A stretch of 64,000 bases of DNA from an uncultured Deinococcaceae bacterium. Its GTDB lineage: Bacteria > Deinococcota > Deinococci > Deinococcales > Deinococcaceae. Within the stretch, counting starts at the first letter, position 1. Each line of letters begins with the position of its first letter. The notes beneath the pieces were generated by a model. The model saw only the letters and a program-made list of their open reading frames with translations, searched no databases and was not told where the DNA came from. The position numbers were made by a program, and so were the translations under genes. Positions 42,131 to 51,412 of this stretch are shown here, piece by piece. The stretch lies in NCBI GenBank assembly GCA_964252075.1, contig CAXULY010000012.1:57066-121065 (forward strand), read 5' to 3'.

Positions 42131-42149
42131 CCGTCATGCCTTTGTCATG
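42131..42149. promoter_or_regulatory. Pho-box-like 11-bp direct repeat upstream of phnD
   Basis: CCGTCATGCCT TTGTCATG (GTCATG at 42133 and 42144), just upstream of the minus-strand TAGAAT -10 (42118-42123). Confidence 0.5.
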
Positions 42150-42244
42150 TTTTGATGAGCGCCCTGCCATGAGAGAGGCGGTGCACTCCCTGACTGTCGG
42201 CTTCCACTCCCAGGCGCCCTTCATTCACGCCAGCTTTAAATACC

Positions 42245-42523
42245 TTAAACGTCACCGCGCCCGGCATCGCCGTAAAACTCATCCTGAAAGTCCAACAGGG
42301 CCTGCTTGCTGCGTTCCCGCAGCGCGCGCGCCCCACCTGGGAACGGAGCGAACGTCAGACTGTTCCCGTCGCGCCGCACCAGGTACGCCGCGCCCTCCTG
42401 CGCGTCAGGCAGCCACCACAGGGGAATCTCCCCCGTGAAGCCCTCGCTGAACTCCACTTCGGCCATGCCGCTCTCAGCGTCCACGGCGTCCACCACCACG
42501 AATGACGGGTCTGACTGGATCAT
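42245..42523 (-). CDS. Small hypothetical protein
   Basis: 92-aa acidic ORF; TACACT 6 nt before the ATG. Confidence 0.65.
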   Translation of the reverse strand: MIQSDPSFVVVDAVDAESGMAEVEFSEGFTGEIPLWWLPDAQEGAAYLVRRDGNSLTFAPFPGGARALRERSKQALLDFQDEFYGDAGRGDV

Positions 42524-42619
42524 GCCCGCAGTGTAGGGCGCAGCGTCTACATGAGCCTTCTGCGTGCGGCGTCTGAGATTCATAAGACTGTAAGAGCGCG
42601 CCTGCTACGCTCGCCGCAC

Positions 42620-44503
42620 ATGAGTGCGCCACTTGCGGAACACGAAATCGAACGTCTGATGGCGCTCGCGCGGTACGACATCCTCAACACGCCCCCTGAG
42701 GACGCGTTCGACAACATCACGCGGCTCGCCGCCGATGTGCTGAACGTGCCCATCGTCGCGATCAATTTCGTGGCGGAACACCAGCAGTTCAGCAAGTCCT
42801 GCGTGGGGTTCGAGGCGGGCACCGTCATTCCGCGCGGCGAGACGCCCTGCGCCTGGACCATCCTGGAGCCGGACCTGCTGGTCATTGACGACGTGTCGGG
42901 CGACCCCCGCTTCGCGCACAGCCAGCTGGCCAGCATCGAGCCGCCGCTGCGCCTGTACGCCGGGGTGCCGCTGCGCACGTCGGACGGGCACGCCATCGGC
43001 ACCCTGTGCGCGCTGGATGTCGAGCCGCACGAACTCACGGAGCGCGACCGCCGGGTGCTGCGGCGCCTCGCGGCGGTCGTGATGGACGAACTGGACCTGC
43101 GCATGGTCCGCAACCGCCTGGAGAACGAAGCGCAGGCGCGCGGTCAGATGCTGCTCTCCATGCGTCAGGCCGCGCAGCACGCCGACACCCTCTCCGCCAT
43201 CTCGGCACTCGCGGAACTGGAACTCGACCTGCACGAACTCATCCGGCGCGCCGCCGAGCTGCTCGCGCAGACGATCCCGCTGGACTGGGTGGGCCTCCAC
43301 AGTCCCGGCCAGTCCAGCCCGGGTGGCCTGAGCACGTGGCATAGCCCGCAGGTCACGCGGGAGTTCCTGGCGCTGCTGACTGCGCCCGGCGCGGGCCGCA
43401 GCCAGACGACCGTCATGGTGCACCAGAGTGGCCGCGCGCACTTCGTGGACAACGTGCAGGAACTGACCCTGAGCGGCCGCGACCGGGAGTTCATGAAGGC
43501 GGGCGTGCGCTCCGTGGCGTGGCTGCCCCTTACCGTGCAGGCCAGCGACCCGCAGCTGCTGGTCTTCGCGCGCCTGCACGAGGCGCGCCCGTGGCGCCGC
43601 CGCGAGCGCACCCTGCTGGAGGCGACGGCCGCCACCATCTCGCGCGCGCTGGAGCGGCGGGAACTGCTGCGCCACGCGGAACGCCTGGCCTTCACGGACC
43701 AGCTGACCGGCCTGGGCAACCTGCGCGCCTTCCACCGCGACCTGGACGCGCGCCTTCAGACGGGGCAGCCCTTCGGCATGGCGATCCTGGACCTCGACCG
43801 CTTCAAGGAGGTGAACCACACCCAGGGCCACGAGCGCGGCGACACGCTGCTGCGGCTCTTCGGGCAGGCGATGGTGGCGGAGTGGCGCGCGCAGGACCGC
43901 GTGTACCGCCTCAGCGGTGACGAGCTGGCCGTCCTGATGGACGACACGGCCACCTGGACGTCCACGCCGCTGCTGGAGGACTGGGCGCTGGAGCACGTGG
44001 ACGTCGCGGTGAGCGTCGCGCGTCAGGCGGGCTTCACGAACATCGGGGCGAGCACCGGCATCGCGCGCTTCCCGGACGACGCGCAGGACGCCAAGTCGCT
44101 CATCGAGCGCGCCGACCAGCGCATGTACGCCGTGAAGCGCGCCCGCAAGATGCGCCTCACGCCGAACGCGACGCTCGGCCCCTCTGCGATCCTCGTGAGT
44201 GAGCTGTCCCTCGACCCGCAGCAGCACGAGGCGACGTACGGCGGGCAGGCGGTGCGCCTGCGCCCCAAGGAATCCGAGCTGCTGGCGCTGCTGGCGCGCG
44301 ACCCGGACCGCGTGTTCTCCCGGCAGGAGCTCGCGGGGCGCCTGTGGGAGGGCGAGACGCCGCCCAGCGGGAACGTGCTGGAGGTGCACCTCACGAACCT
44401 GCGCAAGAAACTCGCGAACCTCGCGCCGCACATCAAGATCCGCGCGGTGCGCGGGCAGGGGTACAACCTGACGGTGGACCGTACGCTGCTGGCCTCCGAC
44501 TGA
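42620..44503 (+). CDS. GAF-GAF-GGDEF(SGDEL)-OmpR winged-helix fusion protein
   Basis: R..ALARYDILNTPPE..FD GAF; second GAF-like region; DQLTGL.N, DLDRFKEVN, RAQD..SGDEL; C-terminal L.PKE.ELL.LL...P.RVFSRQEL..NVLEVHLTNLRKKL..IRAVRGQGY. Confidence 0.85.
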   Translation: MSAPLAEHEIERLMALARYDILNTPPEDAFDNITRLAADVLNVPIVAINFVAEHQQFSKSCVGFEAGTVIPRGETPCAWTILEPDLLVIDDVSGDPRFAHSQLASIEPPLRLYAGVPLRTSDGHAIGTLCALDVEPHELTERDRRVLRRLAAVVMDELDLRMVRNRLENEAQARGQMLLSMRQAAQHADTLSAISALAELELDLHELIRRAAELLAQTIPLDWVGLHSPGQSSPGGLSTWHSPQVTREFLALLTAPGAGRSQTTVMVHQSGRAHFVDNVQELTLSGRDREFMKAGVRSVAWLPLTVQASDPQLLVFARLHEARPWRRRERTLLEATAATISRALERRELLRHAERLAFTDQLTGLGNLRAFHRDLDARLQTGQPFGMAILDLDRFKEVNHTQGHERGDTLLRLFGQAMVAEWRAQDRVYRLSGDELAVLMDDTATWTSTPLLEDWALEHVDVAVSVARQAGFTNIGASTGIARFPDDAQDAKSLIERADQRMYAVKRARKMRLTPNATLGPSAILVSELSLDPQQHEATYGGQAVRLRPKESELLALLARDPDRVFSRQELAGRLWEGETPPSGNVLEVHLTNLRKKLANLAPHIKIRAVRGQGYNLTVDRTLLASD

Positions 44504-44516
44504 GCGAGGACGCAGT

Positions 44517-44550
44517 GAGGGGGACGGCAGGCGCGCCTGCCGTCCCCCTC
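44517..44550. terminator. Perfect palindrome between convergent genes (bidirectional terminator)
   Basis: GAGGGGGACGGCAGGCGCGCCTGCCGTCCCCCTC. Confidence 0.65.
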
Positions 44551-44571
44551 GCCCGTCTCGCGTCCCTGGCG

Positions 44572-44778
44572 TTACTCGGCGGGCACCAGGGCCCACAGCA
44601 GCAGGTACGCCAGGATGCCCGGGAAGACCGTCAGCACGCTGACCACCACGACCAGCGCGCGCAGCAGCGTGAGGTCAATCGGGAGGCGGTAGGTCTCCCA
44701 GATGCCGGACACCACCCCGGCGAGCAGGCGGTGCTGGCGCGAACGGCGAAGGCCAGGGCGGACAGGGTGCGTGTTCAT
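44572..44778 (-). CDS. PspC domain protein
   Basis: LRRSR..R.LAGV.SGI, D.TLLR and YLLLWALVP motifs. Confidence 0.8.
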   Translation of the reverse strand: MNTHPVRPGLRRSRQHRLLAGVVSGIWETYRLPIDLTLLRALVVVVSVLTVFPGILAYLLLWALVPAE

Positions 44779-44826
44779 GCCCGGAGTGTGACAGGCGCAT
44801 GCGCGCGGGGCGTCCTCCGAAAGTTG

Positions 44827-45567
44827 CTAGGCGCCCGCCAGGAAGCGGCCCGTCACGTCGTACAGCTGCTCGGTGGCGCGCAGGTTGTCGAAGGTGTGGT
44901 TCGTCTCGGGAATCACGATGACCTCGGCGCCCGCCGCGCGCGCGTACCGCTCCCCCACGGCGAGCGGCACCGCCTGGTCCTGCTCGCCGTGGAAGACGCG
45001 CGTCACGCCGCCGTAGCGCGTGACCGCCGCGAGCGGGTCGAGGCGCGGCAGTTCCAGCAGGAAGTTCCGCCCGATGGGCCAGCCGTTCTGGTCCGTCACG
45101 ACGGGCGGCACGAAGCCGCCTTTCAGCAGGCCCAGCCACAGCTCCGGCAGGGCGGGCGCCCACAGCGCGAGTCGGTGCGGGCGCAATTCTGCGCTGGCGA
45201 GCGCCGCCACCATGCCGCCCATCGAGAAGCCCAGCAGCATGGTGCGTTCAGGGTCGATTTCCGGGAGGTCCTGCAGGTACGCGAAGGCCGCCGCGGTGTC
45301 CTCCACCTCGCGGCCCACCGTCATCTCCTCAAAGCCGCCCTCGGAGTCCCCGCTGCCGCGGAAATCAAAGCGCGCGCTCGCGATGCCGAGGCGCGTGAGG
45401 TGGCGGGACAGCAGCGGCAGCAGGCGGTGGTCGCCCGCGCGGTTGCCGGTGAAGCCGTGCAGGATCAGCACGCTGGGGAAGCCCTGCGCGGGGCGGGGCG
45501 TGTCGGGCAGGTGCACCATGCCGTACAGGCGCTGGCCGCCCACCTTGAGGGACGCGAAGGTTTCCAT
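44827..45567 (-). CDS. Alpha/beta hydrolase
   Basis: HGFTG, RFDFRGSGDSEG, GFSMGG, HGEQD.AVP and NHTF motifs. Confidence 0.9.
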   Translation of the reverse strand: METFASLKVGGQRLYGMVHLPDTPRPAQGFPSVLILHGFTGNRAGDHRLLPLLSRHLTRLGIASARFDFRGSGDSEGGFEEMTVGREVEDTAAAFAYLQDLPEIDPERTMLLGFSMGGMVAALASAELRPHRLALWAPALPELWLGLLKGGFVPPVVTDQNGWPIGRNFLLELPRLDPLAAVTRYGGVTRVFHGEQDQAVPLAVGERYARAAGAEVIVIPETNHTFDNLRATEQLYDVTGRFLAGA

Positions 45568-45603
45568 GCCGGGCAGTGTAGCCGCCGGGGCGCGCGGGCG
45601 TGG

Positions 45604-46134
45604 TCAGCCGGACTGCTGAACCGCTCGCTGCAGCTCGGCTTTGTTCATCCGGCTGCGGCCCCTGATCTTCAGTGCCGCGGCCCGCTGGTACAGCGCCTCG
45701 CGGGTCTCCCCCGAGCTCCTCTCGTCGGCCTTCAGGCGCTGCATGGCCTTTTTCACGGCGGGCGGCCAGTTCACGTGCTGCTCGCCCTGCCGGTCCGCCT
45801 TCAGCTTGCTCTGCTCGGCCTGCTTCTTCTCAGCGGCGCTGAGCGTCTCCCAGACTTTTTTGGGCAGGTAGCGGCTCATGTGGTGGTCGTGCTCGGCCCG
45901 ACCGCTGCCGTCTCCGGTCTGCCAGTCCTCGTGGGTCCAGCGGTCCAGGGACCGCGCGGCCCCGTCCTTCGCGCCGTGGTAACCGCCGCCCTGGCGCTCG
46001 TACTCGCGGGCCAGCAGCTGGCTCTTGCGGGCGGACCACTGGCCGGGCCGCCCGCCCTTGTCGCCCCGCTCGATCTCGGCTTTGAGCCGCTCGCGCAGCT
46101 CGGGCTTCGTGTACTTGCCCTGATCCTGTGCCAT
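45604..46134 (-). CDS. Basic hypothetical protein with C-terminal Rho_N-like motif
   Basis: YTKPELRERLK...GG.PGQWSARK.Q, RYLPKK.W; ends LYQRA..LKIRGRSRMNKAEL. Confidence 0.75.
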   Translation of the reverse strand: MAQDQGKYTKPELRERLKAEIERGDKGGRPGQWSARKSQLLAREYERQGGGYHGAKDGAARSLDRWTHEDWQTGDGSGRAEHDHHMSRYLPKKVWETLSAAEKKQAEQSKLKADRQGEQHVNWPPAVKKAMQRLKADERSSGETREALYQRAAALKIRGRSRMNKAELQRAVQQSG

Positions 46135-46219
46135 GCGGGCAGCGTGCCACCCGTGCGGGGGCACGACTGCAAGGGAGCGCGGCTTGTGAAGGGACGCTGC
46201 AGCGCAGCTGAAGCGCCGC

Positions 46220-47512
<1,293 letters not shown>

Positions 47513-47534
47513 GCAGGAGCTCCCTTCAAGAGCG

Positions 47535-47563
47535 CGCGCCCCCGTCTTGTGAACGGGGGCGCG
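47535..47563 (-). terminator. Attenuator terminator-like hairpin (segments 3:4) in the aspS leader
   Basis: Minus strand CGCGCCCCCGT-tcacaag-ACGGGGGCGCG, an 11-bp stem with only a weak U tract (CGCTCTT). Confidence 0.7.
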
Positions 47564-47582
47564 GTGTACGGCGAGGCGACCC

Positions 47583-47624
47583 CTAGAGCAGCGGGTCGTT
47601 ATCGTTCCCATTCGCCGAACGCAT
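47583..47624 (-). CDS. Putative leader peptide MRSANGNDNDPLL (Asn/Asp-rich) upstream of aspS
   Basis: ATG CGT TCG GCG AAT GGG AAC GAT AAC GAC CCG CTG CTC TAG; the ATG lies 7 nt after a TACACT -10. Confidence 0.75.
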   Translation of the reverse strand: MRSANGNDNDPLL

Positions 47625-47631
47625 TGCGCGG

Positions 47632-47660
47632 AGTGTACCGGGGTGACGCCGGGGGGTCAA
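47632..47660 (-). promoter_or_regulatory. Sigma70-type promoter of the aspS leader
   Basis: TTGACC (47655-47660) - 17 nt - TACACT (47632-47637). Confidence 0.8.
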
Positions 47661-47680
47661 GCAGAGTTGTAGACAGCCCC

Positions 47681-48268
47681 TCAGGTCGTGGGCCGCGCGC
47701 CGCGCACCCGGACGTTCTGGGCGGCCAGCCGTACCGTCTCCTCGATGCGCTTCGCGCGCGTCTCGGGGCGTTTCGCTTCCGCAATCCACTGCAGGATGTA
47801 CTTGCGAATGGAGGGCGGGAACGCCGCGAAGTGCAGGTGCGCCGCCGGGTTCGCCGCGAGCTGCGCGGCGAGGTCGTCGGGGATCACGCCGCTCTCCCCG
47901 GCGTCCTGTCGGTCCCAGGCGCCGCTCGCGCGGGCGGCCTCCACGGCGGCCAGCCCAGCGGGCGCCATGAGTCCAGCCTGGGTGAGGGCCTCCACGTAGG
48001 TTTTGTTCAGCCGCGACCAGCCGCTCTTCGGGCGCCTCGGCACGAACAGCTGCCTGAAGCGTTCGGCGTCCAGCGCGCGGCGCGTCGTGTCAATCCAGCC
48101 GAAGCACAGCGCCTCCTGCACCGCCTCCGGGTACGTGACGCTCGGCACGCCGCTGCCTTTCTTGAAGTACACCAGCTGCACGCCGGGCGCGCTCGCGTGG
48201 TGCTCCTGCAGCCACGCGCGCCACTCGGCGCGGCTGTGGGCGGTGACGGTGGGTGGGTCCACGGGCAT
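47681..48268 (-). CDS. YdeI/OmpD-associated family protein
   Basis: EWRAWL..HH, EALCFGWID, PRRPKSGWS..NK, GLM.PAG and WI.EAKRPETRAKRI motifs. Confidence 0.88.
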   Translation of the reverse strand: MPVDPPTVTAHSRAEWRAWLQEHHASAPGVQLVYFKKGSGVPSVTYPEAVQEALCFGWIDTTRRALDAERFRQLFVPRRPKSGWSRLNKTYVEALTQAGLMAPAGLAAVEAARASGAWDRQDAGESGVIPDDLAAQLAANPAAHLHFAAFPPSIRKYILQWIAEAKRPETRAKRIEETVRLAAQNVRVRGARPTT

Positions 48269-48301
48269 GATGGGAGTTTAAGCCGCGCTACACTCGATCG
48301 C

Positions 48302-49354
48302 ATGACCAGTCAGGGCCAGGAAGGCTTCGGCCGCGAGCGCGAGGTGGCCGAAGCGCTCGCGCGTGAGGCGGGCGCGCTGCTGCTCGAGCACCGGCGGCGC
48401 GGCTTCACGGTGGACGAGAAGACGCCCGGCGACTTCGTGACCGCCGCGGACCGCGAGGCGTCCGAACTGATCGTGGACGGCCTGCGCCGCGCCTTCCCTC
48501 AGGACGGCCTGCTGAGCGAGGAGATGGCCGACACCGCCGAGCGGCTCACCCGCCGCCGCGTGTGGATCATCGACCCCATTGACGGCACCAGTGAGTTCGT
48601 GAAGGGCAGCGCGGATTACGTGGTGTCCATCGGCCTCGCGGTGGAGGGCGAGCCCGCACTGGGCGTGGTGTTCGCACCGGAAGCGGACGCGCTGTACAGC
48701 GGCGTGGTCGGTGTGGGCGTGTGGAAGAACGGCGCGCCGACCGGCTTCTCGGACCGCCCGCTCGCGGAGGCCATCATCGCGGTGTCCGACACCGAGTACG
48801 AGCGTGAGCTGGCGCGCTGCGGGCTGGGGAACATGCAGCCGAGCGGGTCCATCGCGTACAAGCTGGCGCGCATCGCGGCGGGCGAGGCGGACGCGACCTT
48901 CACCATTAACCCGCGCAGCGAGTGGGACATCGCGGCGGGCATGGCGCTCGTGCAGGCGGCGGGCGGCACCGTGACGCGCCGCAGCGGCAGCCGCATTCCG
49001 TTAAACGCCACCCGGCCCCGCATCCGTCGCGGCCTGATCGGGGGGCGCAGTGACGTGGTGGCGTGGCTGGCGGGGGAACTCGCGCGGCTGCGCGTGCCGG
49101 AACAGCAGCTGTTCCTGCGCGCGGGCGACAGCGCCTGGGCGACCCTCCCGGAGGCCGAGCGGGAGCGCCTGCGCGGGCACCCGCACCTGCACGTGCGGCA
49201 CGCGGGCGGGCAGGTGGAGGCCCTCGTGACGCTGGAGCGGCGCGGCGGCGGGTGGGAGATCACGCGCGCCGAAGGGCAGGGCGGGCCTCTGCGCACCCTC
49301 GTCACGGACCTGCAGCGCGCGTACGGGCGACTGGAGTGGTCGCCCACAACCTGA
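48302..49354 (+). CDS. Inositol monophosphatase / CysQ-like 3'(2'),5'-bisphosphate nucleotidase with C-terminal extension
   Basis: VTAAD, LLSEE, WIIDPIDGT.EF and EWDIAAG motifs; TACACT 7 nt before the ATG. Confidence 0.88.
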   Translation: MTSQGQEGFGREREVAEALAREAGALLLEHRRRGFTVDEKTPGDFVTAADREASELIVDGLRRAFPQDGLLSEEMADTAERLTRRRVWIIDPIDGTSEFVKGSADYVVSIGLAVEGEPALGVVFAPEADALYSGVVGVGVWKNGAPTGFSDRPLAEAIIAVSDTEYERELARCGLGNMQPSGSIAYKLARIAAGEADATFTINPRSEWDIAAGMALVQAAGGTVTRRSGSRIPLNATRPRIRRGLIGGRSDVVAWLAGELARLRVPEQQLFLRAGDSAWATLPEAERERLRGHPHLHVRHAGGQVEALVTLERRGGGWEITRAEGQGGPLRTLVTDLQRAYGRLEWSPTT

Positions 49355-49389
49355 GGAGCAGCGACAGGCGGGCTTGCTAGAGTGGGCGC

Positions 49390-50232
49390 ATGATCGCCAT
49401 TGTGACGGACTCCACCAGCGACCTGACGCCCGCGCTGCGCGAGCAGTTCGGCATTCGGGTGGTGCCGCTGTACGTGCTCTTTGGCGGCAGCATGTACAAA
49501 GACGGCCTGGAGATCACGCCCACGCAGCTCTTCAAGGGCGTGCGCGAAGGCAAGAAGACGCCCTCGACCAGCCAGCCGAGCCCCGCGGAGTTCGCCTCCG
49601 CCTACGAGGACGCCCTGAAGACCGCCGACGCGGTGCTGTCCATCCACATCAGTGGCCTGCTGTCCGGCACGGTGGGCAGCGCGCGCCTCGCGGCCCAGGA
49701 CTTCGGGGACCGCGTGACGGTGGTGGACTCGCACACCGTGAGCATGGGCCTGGGCCTGCTGGCGGTGCGGGCCGCGCAGCGCGCGCAGGCGGGCGCCAGC
49801 GTGGCGGAGATCGTGGCGGAACTGGAGCGCGTGCAGGCGGCGCAGGACATCCGCTTCCTGGTGGACAGCCTGGAGTTTCTGCGCATCAACGGCCGCATCG
49901 GGGGCGCCACGGCGCTGCTGGGCGGCCTGCTGAACATCAAGCCGGTGCTGGCGCTGCGCGGCGGGCGGGTGGAAGCGGCGGGCCGCGTGCGCGGGCACAA
50001 GAAGGCCGTGCAGGAACTCGTGGATCACGTGAAAGCCTACGTGAACCGGGGCACCCCGGCGCGCGCCGCGTTCCTCGTGACGGACGGCGGGGAAGGCACG
50101 CTGGATGAGGTGCGCGCGGGCCTCACGGGCGTGCCGCTGGAGGACTACGGCAGCTTCCCGCTGGGCGGCGTGGTCGCCACGCACGCCGGGCCGGGCACGC
50201 TGGGCGTCGTGCTGGAGCGTGTGAACGCCTGA
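49390..50232 (+). CDS. DegV/FakB-family fatty acid-binding protein
   Basis: [34 protein letters not shown] and THAGPG motifs. Confidence 0.93.
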   Translation: MIAIVTDSTSDLTPALREQFGIRVVPLYVLFGGSMYKDGLEITPTQLFKGVREGKKTPSTSQPSPAEFASAYEDALKTADAVLSIHISGLLSGTVGSARLAAQDFGDRVTVVDSHTVSMGLGLLAVRAAQRAQAGASVAEIVAELERVQAAQDIRFLVDSLEFLRINGRIGGATALLGGLLNIKPVLALRGGRVEAAGRVRGHKKAVQELVDHVKAYVNRGTPARAAFLVTDGGEGTLDEVRAGLTGVPLEDYGSFPLGGVVATHAGPGTLGVVLERVNA

Positions 50233-50233
50233 C

Positions 50234-51403
50234 ATGCCCCGGTCGCTGCGCCACAAGGGACGCTACGTGCTCCTCGGGCTGGCCCTGCTGGGCGGCCTGT
50301 GGGGCTGGCGCGCCCTGCGGAACGACGCGCCCCCCACCCACGGGGCGAACGCGCACCGCACGGGAAACGGGCCGGGCCACACCGGGAACGCACCCACTGC
50401 CGGCTGCTTCACGCCCGTGCAGGCGACCGCCGCGCCGCCGCCCCCCGCGGGCCTGAGTGGCCGCCTGGGCCTGTGGGTGGCGGAGTACGACCCGACCAGC
50501 GCGCGCGTGCTGCGCGCCGTCGCCCGCGACCCGGACGGCCTGTACCCGCTGGCGAGCAGTTACAAGCAGGCGGTGCTGTGGGCGCTGCTGCGCGCCGTGG
50601 ACGCCGGACAGGTGCGCCTGAACGAGCGGTTCGACGTGACGCGCGGCAACCAGAGCCTCGGCGACTACCCCTTCGACGGCAGTGACGTGCGCACCCTCAT
50701 GGTGCGCATGATCCAGAAGTCCGACAACACCGCCACCGACATCCTGCACCGCCGCGTGGGCCTGATGAACGTGCAGGCTGTGGCAGACCGCCTGCACCTG
50801 TGCCGCACGCGCCTGCTGCTGCCCACCAAGGACTGGTGGGTGGCGCAGAGCGGCCTGGACCCCAGTTTCCCCGGCGCGCGCGCCTTCATGAGCGCCGATC
50901 CCGCGCGGCGCGATGCCATCGCGCTCGCGCTGGACAACGCCGCGCGCGGCCTGCGGTCCGACACGGTGCAGGTGCGCCTCGACGATTATCTGGAGCACCA
51001 CTACGACCCGCAGGCCGACCTGGGCACGCACAACGTCAGCACGCCCGCCGAGTTCGGGCAGCTCATCGCGCAGGAGTTCCTGAAGCCGAACCTCAGCCCG
51101 CAGGCTCAGGCCATGCAGCGCGAGGTGATGGCGCTGGGCTTCGGGCGCACGCGCCTGGACTTCAAGACCGCCGCGTTCGGCGGGAAGGGCGGAAACGGCT
51201 GGCGCATCCTCACCATGACGGGCTACGCCGTCACGGAGGACGGCCATCACCTCGTGTACGTGTTCATGCAGCACGGCGCGGATCAGACCTACACGCTCCC
51301 GAAGAACCGCCTGGCCTTCAAGTGGGTGAACGCCGCCGTGCACGACCTGCAGTCCGGCGCCGGGCACGAGCAGGCGGCCGCGCAGCGCACGCCCGGCCCG
51401 TGA
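50234..51403 (+). CDS. Serine hydrolase (class A beta-lactamase-like fold)
   Basis: PLASSYK (SxxK), [11 protein letters not shown] (SDN) and KGG; N-terminal anchor. Confidence 0.8.
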   Translation: MPRSLRHKGRYVLLGLALLGGLWGWRALRNDAPPTHGANAHRTGNGPGHTGNAPTAGCFTPVQATAAPPPPAGLSGRLGLWVAEYDPTSARVLRAVARDPDGLYPLASSYKQAVLWALLRAVDAGQVRLNERFDVTRGNQSLGDYPFDGSDVRTLMVRMIQKSDNTATDILHRRVGLMNVQAVADRLHLCRTRLLLPTKDWWVAQSGLDPSFPGARAFMSADPARRDAIALALDNAARGLRSDTVQVRLDDYLEHHYDPQADLGTHNVSTPAEFGQLIAQEFLKPNLSPQAQAMQREVMALGFGRTRLDFKTAAFGGKGGNGWRILTMTGYAVTEDGHHLVYVFMQHGADQTYTLPKNRLAFKWVNAAVHDLQSGAGHEQAAAQRTPGP

Positions 51404-51412
51404 TGCGGCGCC

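Noticed and set aside
47547..47553. TTGTGAA Rex operator half-site (also near 46184)
   Set aside because: There is no matching TTCACAA half-site at the correct spacing.
47513..47680. T-box riboswitch expected upstream of an aminoacyl-tRNA synthetase
   Set aside because: There is no GGTGGnACCGCG T-box motif or stem I, and the leader is too short; the uORF attenuator fits better.
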